From contig CM060733.1 of assembly GCA_030704615.1 (NCBI GenBank), forward strand, positions 52,824,001-52,888,000: DNA of 64,000 bases. The letters run 5' to 3'. The notes below the pieces were generated by a model. It made no database searches. It saw only the letters and a list, made by a program, of their open reading frames with translations, and was not told the origin of the DNA. A program made the position numbers and the translations under genes. Position 1 is the first letter of the stretch. Each line of letters begins with the position of its first letter. This stretch comes from Takakia lepidozioides. Lineage: Eukaryota > Plantae > Bryophyta. This document shows positions 38,300-51,090 of this stretch, in pieces.

Positions 38300-38360
38300 C
38301 GGTGGATTGAACCCACAACCACTTCTGAGGTGGTATATGCCCATTACCACTGGCAGCAAC
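38300..38360 (-). mobile_element. 5' part of the interrupted tRNA-derived SINE
   Basis: Minus strand CCAGTGGTAATGGGCATATACCACCTCAGAAGTGGTTGTGGGTTCAATCCACCG matches 25627-25680. Confidence 0.75.
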
Positions 38361-41300
38361 TTGGTTGTCAGGTAAGGAATAGTACCTTTTGGACACATAG
38401 GCTTTTCTCCATGGCGACAGGTCATGGAGTCGTCGTCGTGGACGGTGATGGATGATGACATCCACCGCTGTGAACGGAGATGGCTCCGAACATGCCCACG
38501 CCGTTCACAAGAACAAATTCCATGAGCAATGGCCATTCATGACCATGGTCGTGACTTGTCAAAAGTTTGGAGTTGTGCCAAAATAAGAGAAAATGGGATT
38601 TATGAAGTTGCTATGATTCATTTCTTTCTTTGCCCATTAGTAAAGATGAATGTGTGGACGCTGCCCAAATGTTATATACGAACTAGTTCCTATACACATA
38701 CCTATCAAAGTGTCATTTACATTCTTAACAACTTCAATAGAGCAGCTAATAAACTGTAAACTGATTTACTCCTTTGGCACTCCAAGTAGTTGTACCAGAC
38801 CCTGTTGTTGCATTGTCTAGGTCCAATCCCCACTTGAAAGGCTTTCCGCTACCATTCTAGCTAGCTTCGCGAGATCATCTGTATATGCTAAGTCGTTATG
38901 GCTTCAGCCAGTGAGGTTTTAACATCATCAAAGAAGTGGTGGACGCTGCAATTCTCACAACATTAAAGGGTATTCTAACTTCTCATACGGAGGAGGTATA
39001 TATGAGATGGCATCACCCTAAGAAAAGGTTATGGATATGTCAAGGTACTAAGAAAAAACATCAAAACATTTATGCTCTAACAAACATTGTACCATTGGAA
39101 GCAATACCTCCAAAAGTGGTTGTCGTGTCTCCAGTGCGGATATAGTCCAACATAGCTGAATCCTCATGTATATCTTTGGCGCCACCTTGCTCATTGCTGG
39201 CCTCAGGGTCCTCAGACGCTCGGTCTACAGTCATCTTTGTTGTAGGTCCAACCTGGCCTTCCGCTGCCAAGATACACAGAAATGCAGATGCATGCCATCT
39301 GGGCACCATCTCCTCGTCCGTCTCATCATGCAACCGAGCTTCAGTGTCATCCTGCTGGCTCGTGCATGGATTGCGATTCAACCCATCCGCATCCCGATTG
39401 ACTCGGCCGGGTCAATGTTCCACCTGAAAGTCATATTCCTGGAGTATAAGTGTCTACCGTGCAAGCTTTCCTGTAAGCTTGTCTGACTCCATCAACCACT
39501 TGAGTGGCTGGTGATTCGTAACAAGGGTGAAGAGATTGCCGTATAGATAACACCTGAAGTGTGTCACGGCCCACACTGCAGCTAAGCACTCTCCCTCATA
39601 TGAGTTATACTTAGCCTCTGCAGCGTTGTTCGAGTGGCTAGCATAAGCCACTACGAACTCTCTTCCCTCATCATCCACCTGTGTGAGCACCGCTCCAAGC
39701 CCCAGCATGCTCCAATCTATATGCAGCTGAAAAGGACACCCTCCGGATAGGTCGTTTCAAGATGGGCGCCGAGGTCAACCTCGCCTTGAGCTCTTGAAAA
39801 GTTTGTTCTTGCTCATCTTCCCACTGCCACTCCTGGTCCAACTTGATCAACTTGGTTAGAGCCTTTGCAATGGCACTAAATCCCTTGACAAACCGTCTAT
39901 AATAGTTTGTCAACCCCATAAAAGCTCAAACTCGGCTCACATCCGTGGGGCGTGGAATCTGTGCAATGGCCTCTACCTTAGTCTGCTGTACCCCCAATCC
40001 TCCAGGATATATCATGTGACCCAGATACTCAATTTGGTTGAGGAAAAACTTGCACTTCCCCGGATGTAACTTCAATCCGTGCGCCCTCAAGCGCTCAAAT
40101 ACCACCTGAAGGTGTCTCTCATGCTCCTCCACCGTAGCACTAAAGATGATGATGTCATCTATGTAGCACCGAGCAAACTCCACCCCTGCTAGAATCTTGT
40201 CCATGACTCTCTGAAACTCTGCAGGAGCGTTCTTAAGCCCAAATGGTAAGAACCGCCACTGGTATAGGCAATCCTTCCCGTGCTCATTGATCCCCCAGAA
40301 TGTCGTCTTCTGCTTATCCGCCTCCTCACTAGAAGAAAAACGCGGAATAACCACTGGCCCCCTTAACCACTCTTGTCTTTTATCACTCTATAAATCACTC
40401 CAAGTAATGGTAACCACTGGTCAGTGGTTAATTCCGATGAAATGCCACGGTGGCATCATATGGAGTGGTTGGAAGTGGTTTTAACCACTGAGTAATCCAC
40501 GTGTAATATTTAATTTTATATTTATTATTCGAGATTTAGTCAAATATTTATATTAATAATGATAATATCCGACATGGACGAGTACAGTGATAAATTATGA
40601 GTGGTTAAAGACACCTCAGTGATGGAAAGTGGTTGAAACCACTTTCTACTCCACGTGTAATAATTTTTTTTTTAAGATTTTTATCATTTCAAAATATATT
40701 ATTCCACGTAGACGATGATAGTATACGTAGATCTGGAGTGGTTAAAGACCCCCCAGTGATTGGTACCACTTGCACAATGGTGGAATGTGAGTGGTTAAGA
40801 CCCTTTTGTAACTAGAACCACTCTTCAAGTGGGCACTTGTGAGTGGTTACATACACGTGAGTGATTGATACTACTTTTGTGGTGGGTTGTGAGTGGTTGA
40901 AGACACATGAGTGATGGGAGGTGATTGAAACCACTTGCTACTACACATGTAATAATTCAATTTTTATTTAAGATTTATCATTTCAAAATATATTTAATTA
41001 TGAACTATATTATTCCACGTGGACGGGGACAGTATACGTAAATCTGGAGTGGTTAAAGACCCCCATTGATTGGTACCACTTTGAGAGTGGTGTAGAGTGA
41101 GTGGTTACAGACCATTTAGTAACTGGAACCACTCGTCGTGGTTGGAACCACTCGGCCAGTGGTTACGCGTTAGTGATTACATACACACCAGTGATTGGTA
41201 TTACTTCTGTGGTGAAAAACTTTAGTGGTTTGTGTGTTGATGGAAAACCCAAAATCCATCCATCTATCGCTACATTCATCCATCCAGTCATGAGTGAGGG

Positions 41301-41445
41301 GACTTAGCGTTTTTTTTGTCTTCCCTGCCATTGTGGCATCTCTTTGTTTTCTTTGTGTCGAGTTTGATCGTGAAAGACAAACATGACAGAGCTATGTTTG
41401 TTTTCTTATAGTGTCGAGTCTGATCATGAGAGACGACAAGCGGAG

Positions 41446-41773
41446 CTGGTGGGATAGGGACAGACATGGACTCAAGACCTAGAATCGGGGCATGAAGGTG
41501 TGCACGATGGGTGGACAACCGCGATCGCAAGGTGTGGCTTTTTCTCAATGTACAATGTCGAGCGAAGCTGGTGGGATAGGGGGCAGACAGGGACTCAAGA
41601 CCTAGAATCGGGGCATGAAGGCGTGCACAATGATGGGACAACCGCGATCGCAAGGTGTGGCTTTTCTCAATGTACAATGACGAGCGAAGCTGGTGGGATA
41701 GGGGGCAGACATGGACTCAAGCCCTAGAATCGGGGCATGAAGGCATGCACGATGGTGGGACAACCGCGATCGC
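41446..41773. repeat. Tandem repeat, about 122 bp x2.7, inside the CACTA element
   Basis: GCTGGTGGGATAGGG..CAGAC..GGACTCAAG..CTAGAATCGGGGCATGAAGG...ACAACCGCGATCGC occurs three times. Confidence 0.92.
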
Positions 41774-43004
41774 GGGGTTTGATACTCATGGGAGAAGGAA
41801 CAACATTCTGAATTACAGTAGGAGGTCATGAAAGTGCTTGAGTGCTATGGAATGGGTGTCTCTGCTGGTAAAGTGTTGTTGGTGTACTGCCTTTAGATGT
41901 TGCTCATGCCAGCAGTACAATCATTAAAGTAGGGGATGTCTTGTGTGAAGAGATGGTGAAAGGATTGTTGAACATCTGCTAAACTTAGTTGGAAAGAGGA
42001 CACAAATGAAGGATAGTGGGGAAGAATGCCAATGACATATGAAGAGGGCAATGTACCTACTATGGGGGTAGGCTGTAGCTTTTCTGAAAGAAGATATCAG
42101 GTGGCATGCATTTGTTGCCTACTGCTTGTATCAATCAGCTTAGGAACATTCATAGACTGAATCTATATTCAGTGGGGCATAAGGGTCTTTCAAATAGTTT
42201 AAATGCAGTTTTAAGGAGGAGTTAAAAGTGGGGGCTCTGTGATATCATGCCCTCTTCATGCAAAGGGAAAGAGAAGAGAAATCTGAAATAAAGAAGCTAG
42301 GGTTTTGCATTTTCATTTAAGTAGATGTGAATGATGTCAAAACACCATGCATCAGTGTACAATCCATGGGCAGGATATGAAGGGGTAGCAATGTCATGCC
42401 AAAGGGGATCTATTTCTTAGATAGCTGTAGTATTAATAAAGAAGGAAAAGGAGAGCTCATGTGTAGAAACTAGGGCCTTTGCATTTTGGTTTACAGTAGA
42501 GTAAGTGACACACATATTTCTGCATCACTTACCTAGTCCAAGTATGGGCCAGTGGGGTATCTATGATATGTTTACACTGTGGATAGGATCTGAATCTGTA
42601 TAAGGATCAGAATGTACACCCTGTGATTTTCCAATGATGACATCTGTAGGGAAGAAGAACCCTGGCATATATGATGATCTGTTCACTAAAGAGACCCAAT
42701 AACAATTTAGATGACCTCAGCCCTGTCCATGTCTTCTCTTCCGCTGCGGCGTGGATAAGGGTATAAAGTCTCTGGTCATAAATAGATTTAGAATGAATTA
42801 AGTAGGTCATAGGGCAGGGCCATGGATCACTGCTCAAGAAACAGTTAACTATAGTTTACCAGAAGGGTTTCATGCCCCTTCTTTTTCACACTACTGTGTG
42901 GCTTTTCCTTAATGTAGGATGTGAAGAAGTTTGTCCATCCTGCAAATGTGGGCTTTTGGCTCCTGTTAGTACGGTATTCTTCCTGATGTTTACAAGGTTC
43001 TTGG

Positions 43005-43296
43005 GAGAATCAGCTTGGTCTTAGCAGCCCGCTGATTCATTTCCTGATTCAACCTATTTCAGCCTGTTTTGCCCTCTTATCAGACTCGGGCCTGATATGC
43101 ATATTGAATTCTGTAAGTTAGCTCGTTGGTGCAAGAGAGAGAGTCAGCTTGGTCTTAGCAGGCCGTGAGGGCACCTTCTTCTTCAACCTATTTTCAGCCT
43201 GTTTTGCCCTCTTATCAAACTCAGGCCTAATATGCATATTGAATTCTGTTAAGTTAGCTCATTAGTGCAAGAGAGAGAGTCAGGTTGGTCTTAGCA
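43005..43296. repeat. Tandem repeat, about 135-140 bp x2.2, inside the CACTA element; related to 51410-51700
   Basis: TCAGCTTGGTCTTAGCA...CAACCTATTTCAGCCTGTTTTGCCCTCTTATCA...ATATGCATATTGAATTCTGT is repeated. Confidence 0.85.
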
Positions 43297-46200
43297 AAGA
43301 GCGTGTAACCAGAGCCACTGCTGCCAAAGGCACAAAGTCCTTGACTGATGCAAATGGTGACATAACACCAAGTTCTAGCGGGAGTAAGAGTCAGGTGGGC
43401 CTTCAGGAGGCACCTCTCCATGCAACAGTTTCCGTACTAGAGGTGAGCATGCATGCACCTGTTGGCTATCAGTTCTGTACAATGTGGCCATTTACATGTT
43501 GGGTACTTCAAACTATTAGTAGATGCATTGCTAAATGAAACTGCTAAGGGGTGTTGGGCGTGATGTTTGCAGGTTGAGAAAGCCGCTCTTGATACTGCCA
43601 CCGACAGTGCACCAACTGCGGCGCCTTCAAAGGCAACCCCCAAATATCAACCCCCTGCCACAGTGGCAGATATTCTTATCCTACCAAAAGTACTCTACAC
43701 TTTCAGTGATTGCTTATACTGGGCGGTCCTCATTATCTAGTTTTCAATGTTAGGCTTAGTGCTTTTATCATGGCTGGATTTTGTTGACAGTGTTCTAGCA
43801 CTTAACTCTCTGGGATTCTATTCTATTTTGTGGAGCTTGAATCCCCAATGGTACTTCTTTAAACACTACACTAGTGGTATGTGTTCCTCTAGTTATGTTC
43901 ATAATCACTTGCACATCACTGTAATAGTGGTATAAATTAAAACTGTGGGAGTAGCCAAATGCACACAATTGCCTACATTACCACTTGTATAGTGGTATAA
44001 GTAGTCACATATATATTACTGTACTAGTGGTATGAATTCCTCCAGTGGTATTCCTAATCACTTACACACCACTCTGTTAGTAATGACTCCAATCCACAGT
44101 TCCCACTCAGAGAGACACCATGAATGACTCAAATAGCTTACACACCACTCTGTGGGTAATCATTCCAATGACCTGCTGAGAGACGTCATCCACTCACATA
44201 ACCACTCTGTGAGTGATATTGTATATTCTCAGTTTTCATATAATGACTCTATGAGTCATTTTGTGGTCACTCAACAAGTGGTTTCGGAAGTCATTGAATT
44301 TTTCACTCCATCCATTTCGTAGCACTGACACACTACACGTGTCCTTGCTGAGAATGTCACCACGTGTCGACATAATCTCCAATATCATCCACGGACCACC
44401 GGCTTACACGTCTCCACTACAAAACAGAAGTGGTTACTTTATCACTATGACACGTCAGTTTACCACTGTGACACACCATAAGTGGTTGGTTTACCTCAGT
44501 GACACGTCATTGACATGTCACAGTGGTTAATTTACCACTGTGACACGTCAGCTAACAGGTGGACCCGGACGTGAGTGGTTCGAACCACTGTCCTTAACCA
44601 CCGGTGCCACGTAATGTCTTTTACCACTCACTTGTCCTAATGCACTGGTTCTTCATCACTCTGGGGGCAGAGTGGTTTAGTGTCTTTTACCACTCAAAAT
44701 GAGTGGTTAACAGAGTGGTTTTTCCGCATTTTTCTTCTAGTGCCTTGATCAGCAACTGATGATATCTGGATCGTAAATCCAAAGTGCTAAAGACCTTGGC
44801 ATGCCCAATGGCATCAAAGATCTTATCTGGTGTCGGCATGGCATACATATCAGATTGGTCTGACGATTTACAGGCCGGTAATCACCGCACATACGTCTCT
44901 CCGTCCAATTGCCATAGACATCCTTCTTGGCTGGCATCACTGTGGCTGAAGCATACTCTCCACCAGATAGCTCCACCAAACCAGCCTCCCAAAGGTCTTG
45001 AGTCCTCATCTGAATCAAGGACCTCTCCATGTCACTGTATCTATAGGGTCTCCAAAAGATTGGCGTGTCAGTGGCCAATTCAATGCGAATCTCTTGACCC
45101 TTCAGTGCTCCCAAGTCCTTCAAACTGAAGGCAAAGCAATTCCTGTAAGCCCTCAAGAACCGCCGTATACGTCGTCTCTCTCCTCCAGTGACTATAGGTC
45201 CAACATCAGGCTCCCAGTTGTCCTCCGTGACTGCAACCTTGAGTCTAGCAGGCTTAGAGGTAGAAGACGCGTCCCGTGGTTGCTATGCTGCAACCTCTTG
45301 AGCAGTGACCACTGCCTGCTCTGTCAGTGACAATGTCTCATCCTGCCCCATCATCCCATCCTTGAGGACCTCCTCAACCCGAGAAAAAACCCCAACCTCA
45401 TCCATCACCTTGGCTGCCAACTCCCTCTAAACCTCGAGCACCTCCCACGTGTGCCATAGATGCGGCCTGCACCTCGTGGTCCTCACCTATTTGCCCCCAC
45501 TTGCTGCGTGTACCGTCTCGGTAGGCAGAGAGACCATCAAGGGAAGTGTACTCCGTACTCTGCGCTGCTCAGCCATAGCCAAGCTGATAATCCAGGTCAA
45601 GCAATTGAGATCCATTGCTTGCCCCAACACCTGACGACGTGATGCCTCAGAAAGAGATGGCACTGCCGTAGTACCAGTGGTAAAAACCATCGCCCGCCTC
45701 GCGCCGTCAGCATTGGGCTCCAGCTAATTGCTGCAACTGGCTATCCCACAAGAGGCCAGGTCCACCATCCCGGAAAGCATGAGATCCTGGAAAGCTGAGC
45801 AGTGTAGGCAATGCGGCTCGTGGGTGACCCACCTTATTGACCACTGCCAAAGGTGATCGGTCATCGTGTCTTACACGCTGAGACTGCCTCCCTATGTCCA
45901 AAATGCTATCCACCGTCAGGTTTGGTGGCCGTTGCATCCCATCAAATGCACGCTTGAGCAGTGCAGGTGGCATCAAGTTGGTCCACCATAGTTATGGGCG
46001 ATGAGCCCGTGACCCCACTGCAGCTGCATCCAACAACACTGCTATCCCAAGCTAAGACTGCACTTGATGCACACTGGCCATCACCTTGGCCCGAGAATCA
46101 CCCATCAATGGCACATTCTCCAAGATATATGCCGGAGAGTCTGTCTACTGAAGCTGTAAATAGCGTAAGACCCTCAACATCTCCCAAAACAGGCGTGACC

Positions 46201-49200
46201 TTGAGTCTTGTAACCCATTGCCATGCCCGGCTGATGAATGCCCTTGGCAGGGCCAACCTGCCACTACCAAGTGAATAGGGCCAACCCGCTCCAAATCACG
46301 CGCCCCCAGTAAAGAGATGTCTGCTGACAAGGCTTGTTGGTATCCACGAACTGCAGACACTGGCAACAAATCAGGGTACTGTTGCACCAACTGAGCAACA
46401 TGGCGCAGTGAGACGCGTCATGCAGTCTCATCCCTCTCCACATACAGGTAACGTCGAACTCGTACACTTGCCTGCAGCACTGCAGCACTACAGCCAATCC
46501 AATGCTGATCCCGCCAAACAAGTCCAGAAGACATATGCCTTCATCCGGGCACTGCCAGACAAGAGAGGTGGTCCCGGTGCAATCACCGCACTCTCCTCCT
46601 CTCCTGACAATATGAAGGCCTCTACCCAGGCTTGTTGCACCCGTCTATCAGCAGCCTGCTGCAAATCCTTGCTCGTACCCCACAATGGAGTGTGAGCAAC
46701 CATGGAAGACAACTCCGCCGTACCATGCATGTCATCTTGCTCTGCTGGAGGTGGCACATCCTCTGCATGGGCATTGCCCTCCAGCAACTCTCCAGGCCAA
46801 CTAACTGCAGTTGTGAAGGCTGCTAGTGTTGGCATCTTGCCCCGTTGGGCAGCAACAACACCCCCAATGAATGTCACAGAGAGCTATACACGACGACCAT
46901 CCCCTGACTGCCATCCAGGCCTATAGGATGCTGACTCCTCCCAAAAATCCAGGGTGAAGCCCATGGGATATAACACTGCCCCACCAACGAGGACATCGTA
47001 AGAGACCACATCTGTCACAATGGCCTTGGCTCGCATCACTGAGCCATCTATAGGATGATCCGGCTGTAGTCTAATGGCCAACTCACGCCGTATCATGCCC
47101 CGAGCCTGCTCTGATTCTCCCATAGATGTCTGTATCTGGAAAGGACAAGGCTCCATATCGGCCTCCATGAGGCCCAAACCTGCAATAGCAGCACTGTCCA
47201 ACATCAGTGGTTGAGCTCCCGAATCCAACAAGACCCGCAGTGGCCGGTACCTCTTGCCTGCCGGTCCACTCAAAGAGAAAATGTCATCCTGGTTGTCTAA
47301 CAAGACAACTCCAGGTGTCACCATGGCGCGCTAAAAGGCTGGCCTAGCTGGCAGCTCCGTCAACCTGGCAGCTGCAGCTTGTCATGGCGCAGCCATGGCA
47401 GTCTTGACCCTCAAATTCGACGATCTCTCTGCCACTACACCTTCCACTAACTCCGCAGAAGATGAAGTGACATCCCCACTCTCGCAGAGTGTTGCTGCTA
47501 GTCTGAACACTGCAGCTGGTCTTACCCACGGCGTCGCAATCATGGTTGCCGAGAATAGTGGGGCCTGACACACAGAGGTGGCTGCCCCGAATAACACACT
47601 GGCTGTACTAGCCTTGGCAACAGGTGTCAGTGCTGCACGTGTAGCTCTCCCCAATGGCACAATAACGGCCTCTGCTTTGGTATCCGTCAGGCGAGAACTA
47701 GGTGCCATGGATGTCGTCGACACTGTTTCCTCCAAGATGAATGATTGAGGCAACCTAGCCTGACGGCTTGCCTCCCCACGCTGTGGATCTAACTCCACCT
47801 CTGCACCTCGTGGCTCAAAAACTCGTGCTGCTCCTCGAGTGACGGCTGCAGCAGACTCCACCTACACTAGTGGTAGTGCTGCCCCACACATAAATCCCAT
47901 GTCTCCCATGTATCCTCCGTCAAGATGACGCTGCTAAGGAGAAACAGGAGGTGGACCCTCGGGTCTTGGAGCTGGTACCACCTGAGATGTGGCCATGGCA
48001 GCAAGCCTTTGCTCTAGCTGTTGAAGCCGGTTGGCCATGCCTTGGTCAACGCCCTGACCTCCACGTCCTTGGTCATATTGTGCTTGCCCTCGTTCTGCAC
48101 TTCGTGCCTGACCACCTTGTCCTCTCTGAGGTGCTCCACCTCGCCCTCGGCCACCATTAATTGTTCACTTGGAATTGGCCTTGTCGCAACTCAGGGTCGC
48201 AGCTTCTTTGTCCGTACGCCTTGGTAGTTCCTCTGCAACTCTTGGAAGAACTCCACCACCGGGCTTAATCTAGGCTCATGTGTTGTAGTTGTGGCAGGAA
48301 GAGTAGTAGCACCTTCTGCAGAAGTACCGGCACTACTTGTTCCACTACTAGTGCTGGTAGTGAGAGATATTGGTGCTGATGCAGCTACTGGTCGCGTCGT
48401 GCCTCGAGTAATGGAGACGTGGTTAGGTGACCAATACATCCTCCACTCCTCAATCTCTGCTTCATGTCCTCGCCTGAACTCGTGGTAATCGTACATAGGC
48501 GGGCCTTCCAAATGCTGGAACAGTCCCTTCCACGCCATAAATGGAGTGAACAGCTGTGGATTGCGCATCTGCTGCAAATCACTCCAGCTGTCGAACTCAT
48601 GGATAAAGTCATCCAACTCGATTGTGCCCACAGCTCTAGAGTACGTACGAGGCCCCTTGGTAGCTCCATACATCTCCTCCATGTCGCCCCACAATAATGG
48701 CGAAGAAAACTGCACACCTGTTGATGAAGCCTCCGGGTCTGTGTCAGACTCTACACTAGTTGAGGGTGGAGGTGAAGGTGGTCTGAACCCAATACCTCGT
48801 CTTGTGAACCCACTCTCACTGCTACTGCCTGTAGCTGTACTCCCCTCAAAACCCTTGGGTAACTCCGTGATGACACTCACAACCCGCACCTCCCCCACGT
48901 GACACTATAAGGCTCTAGTACTAATTCTAATAGTGACACGGGTGGGCACCTGTTGCAGTTTAAGGGTCATATCCCAATGGCTCAGGGAACCTGCACCTGC
49001 ATCCACCGCAAGAACTCCTATGGTTGGTTGGTCATCAACCCAGTCTCACCATAGAAGAAACATCGGTGGTCTTGCTGGTAGCCTCACCACCGACAGCATA
49101 CTCTAGGATTGACCGGTAATCAAATCCGGCCTAATCCCTATGAAAGCAAGCGCCCACACAAAACCAACAAGGCGCACAGTCAAGCATGCAGGTGTTGGGG

Positions 49201-51059
49201 GGGGATCCAAACACAAGAAATCAAAACATCAACACCCCCACACCAAAATCCATCTGCAGTGCTGCTCCTACAGAATACCCCAGCCCAAAAACCCGGACTG
49301 ACTCTTTGCCTCCACCTATGGAAAGGTTTTGGCCTACCGAGAGGGTGGAAAGCTATGGGAAGGAGAGACTAAAGCAATTCCTAAACCCAACATGCCCTCA
49401 TCCCGACACTCTTCATTTCCTCTCTAACCATACACTAATGTCAAAAAGTGATAGATGTGTTACAAACAGACAGCTAAGTGATCATCCCTGACTTGAAACA
49501 GCTTTTTCAATAGACCTCAAATAGATGTGGGGAGGATCTAATTTACATTAGAAAAATTCTATAGATTTTTGGTCAGGTCCAAAAAAAACTAAAACCAGGT
49601 TTAGGTAGGTAGATTTCCCCTTTCTGTAGGTCCCTGTGCAAGTTTTGGGTCAAACGGCCTTGGTATGCCAAAGTTATGGCCAAACAGGCTCTATGTAATT
49701 TAAATTAGATCAAAGAACGAATTTCTTTAATTTTTCACACCCAAAACGTTCTCGACATTAAAAGTTGTTCCCAAGTTATCTACGAGTTCCCAACACGTCC
49801 ATGTAGTTCTCACAAATTCCCTGGATTTCACCTGTGTTTCAAACATACACCAGTGAGCTGCTCTGCTCCAGCCAAGATCTGTAGCTATGCCGACTCCGGG
49901 GCTTTGATCCTTCGCATCTAGCACATCCTTCCATGCCACACTTGACGTGCACATGCCTCAGGGAAGCAATCTGAACAACTCCAACTTTGACCACCCACAA
50001 TGAACTCCTTCGCTCGTCATCAGGGCTGCCAAGCTTCTATTGCAAGCACATGTAAATGAATTATGTGGAGCCTGAGTCACACATCTGCCCCTTCAGTTGA
50101 TCACTTGTCTCTCAAGGCATTTTCCCACACCTAAGTGGGTTATACCCTCCTTCACCTTCACTACAAGAGATGAGCGTTTTTAGGACTACGGATTTGGCGG
50201 AGTCATAAAAACGGCACTAGGTGTACGACTACATAGCGCTGAAATGCGTTGCAGTCATAGTTTTACCACTTTGTAGTAATGGATATCACTACATGACTCC
50301 GGAAAGTTAGGGAGCATTGGTCAAACATTGTTGACCATGATGACAGGGATGGTTTTATGACTAGTGTGATATCTTTGACTACACATGGACGACGTTTCAT
50401 GGAATCTTGTGACTCCGTGACTGAAGATGGTTTTACAGCTCTATTTATACGACTACATCCCTACACGTGTCATTTTGAAAGTACATACATGAATGTATTC
50501 ATCCATTTGATGAGTTTATCCATCGATGACATGGCATGTAAACTTATGAGTCCCTCACTGCAAATTGTTTCATAACTCTATATATATGACTACATCATTA
50601 CACGTGTCATTTAAAAGGCACATACATTAATGAATTCATCCAATGGATGGGTTCATCCCTCCGCCTATACGGTGTGTCGATTTGATATCTGTTCAATAAA
50701 TTGGACCTGGATGGACGTGGCTTAACAAGCATCGCAAGATATATGAGATTAAAATACGCAATGGTCATGGTTGTACAAGGCTAGATCATGTGATGGAAAT
50801 TATTTTGAATCGTTAGATTTTACAGGATCTAACGGTCTAGATTATATAAGATCTAACGGTTTAAGATTACACCGCCGAACTTTACATCGGGCTGGGACTT
50901 AGGCTTTTTTGTCTCTTGCATTTCACCATCTATTTGATGTTGTGTCATGTATGCAGGGGCGTGGGATGGAGGCTTTGCAGACCTTCCTACTCTCTGAGAA
51001 AATGATGCAGGAAGGAGAAGAGGAGGAGGAGAGGAGACGATGGTACCCCTGCCAACTAG

Positions 51060-51061
<2 letters not shown>

Positions 51062-51090
<29 letters not shown>
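51062..51090. repeat. (AG)n microsatellite
   Basis: About 14 AG units, directly visible. Confidence 0.98.

Larger units (their letters stand above)
40327..44742. mobile_element. Non-autonomous CACTA (En/Spm) element, 4416 bp
   Basis: 29-bp TIR CACTAGAAGAAAAAYGCGGAAWAACCACT at both ends, 3-bp TSD CCT and ACCACT/AGTGGT subterminal repeats. Removing it restores the RT sequence seen in copy 2. No transposase. Confidence 0.97.
39116..49790 (-). mobile_element. Ty3/Gypsy-type retrotransposon with DNMT, copy 3 (more diverged, truncated before integrase, CACTA inserted in RT)
   Basis: RNase H and RT 39116-40326 and 44743-45282; TAG 45283-45285; DNMT about 45585-46540 (HLVVAGWPCQGHSSAG); protease about 47210; gag to about 48900 with a roughly 580-bp deletion of the zinc knuckles at about 48195. 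The 5' UTR matches 34380-34790 and 35720-35955. Confidence 0.92.

Noticed and set aside
38529-39115. Possible LINE C-terminal (zf-RVT) remnant (HFFLCP..VW)
   Set aside because: One weak motif only, not enough to call.
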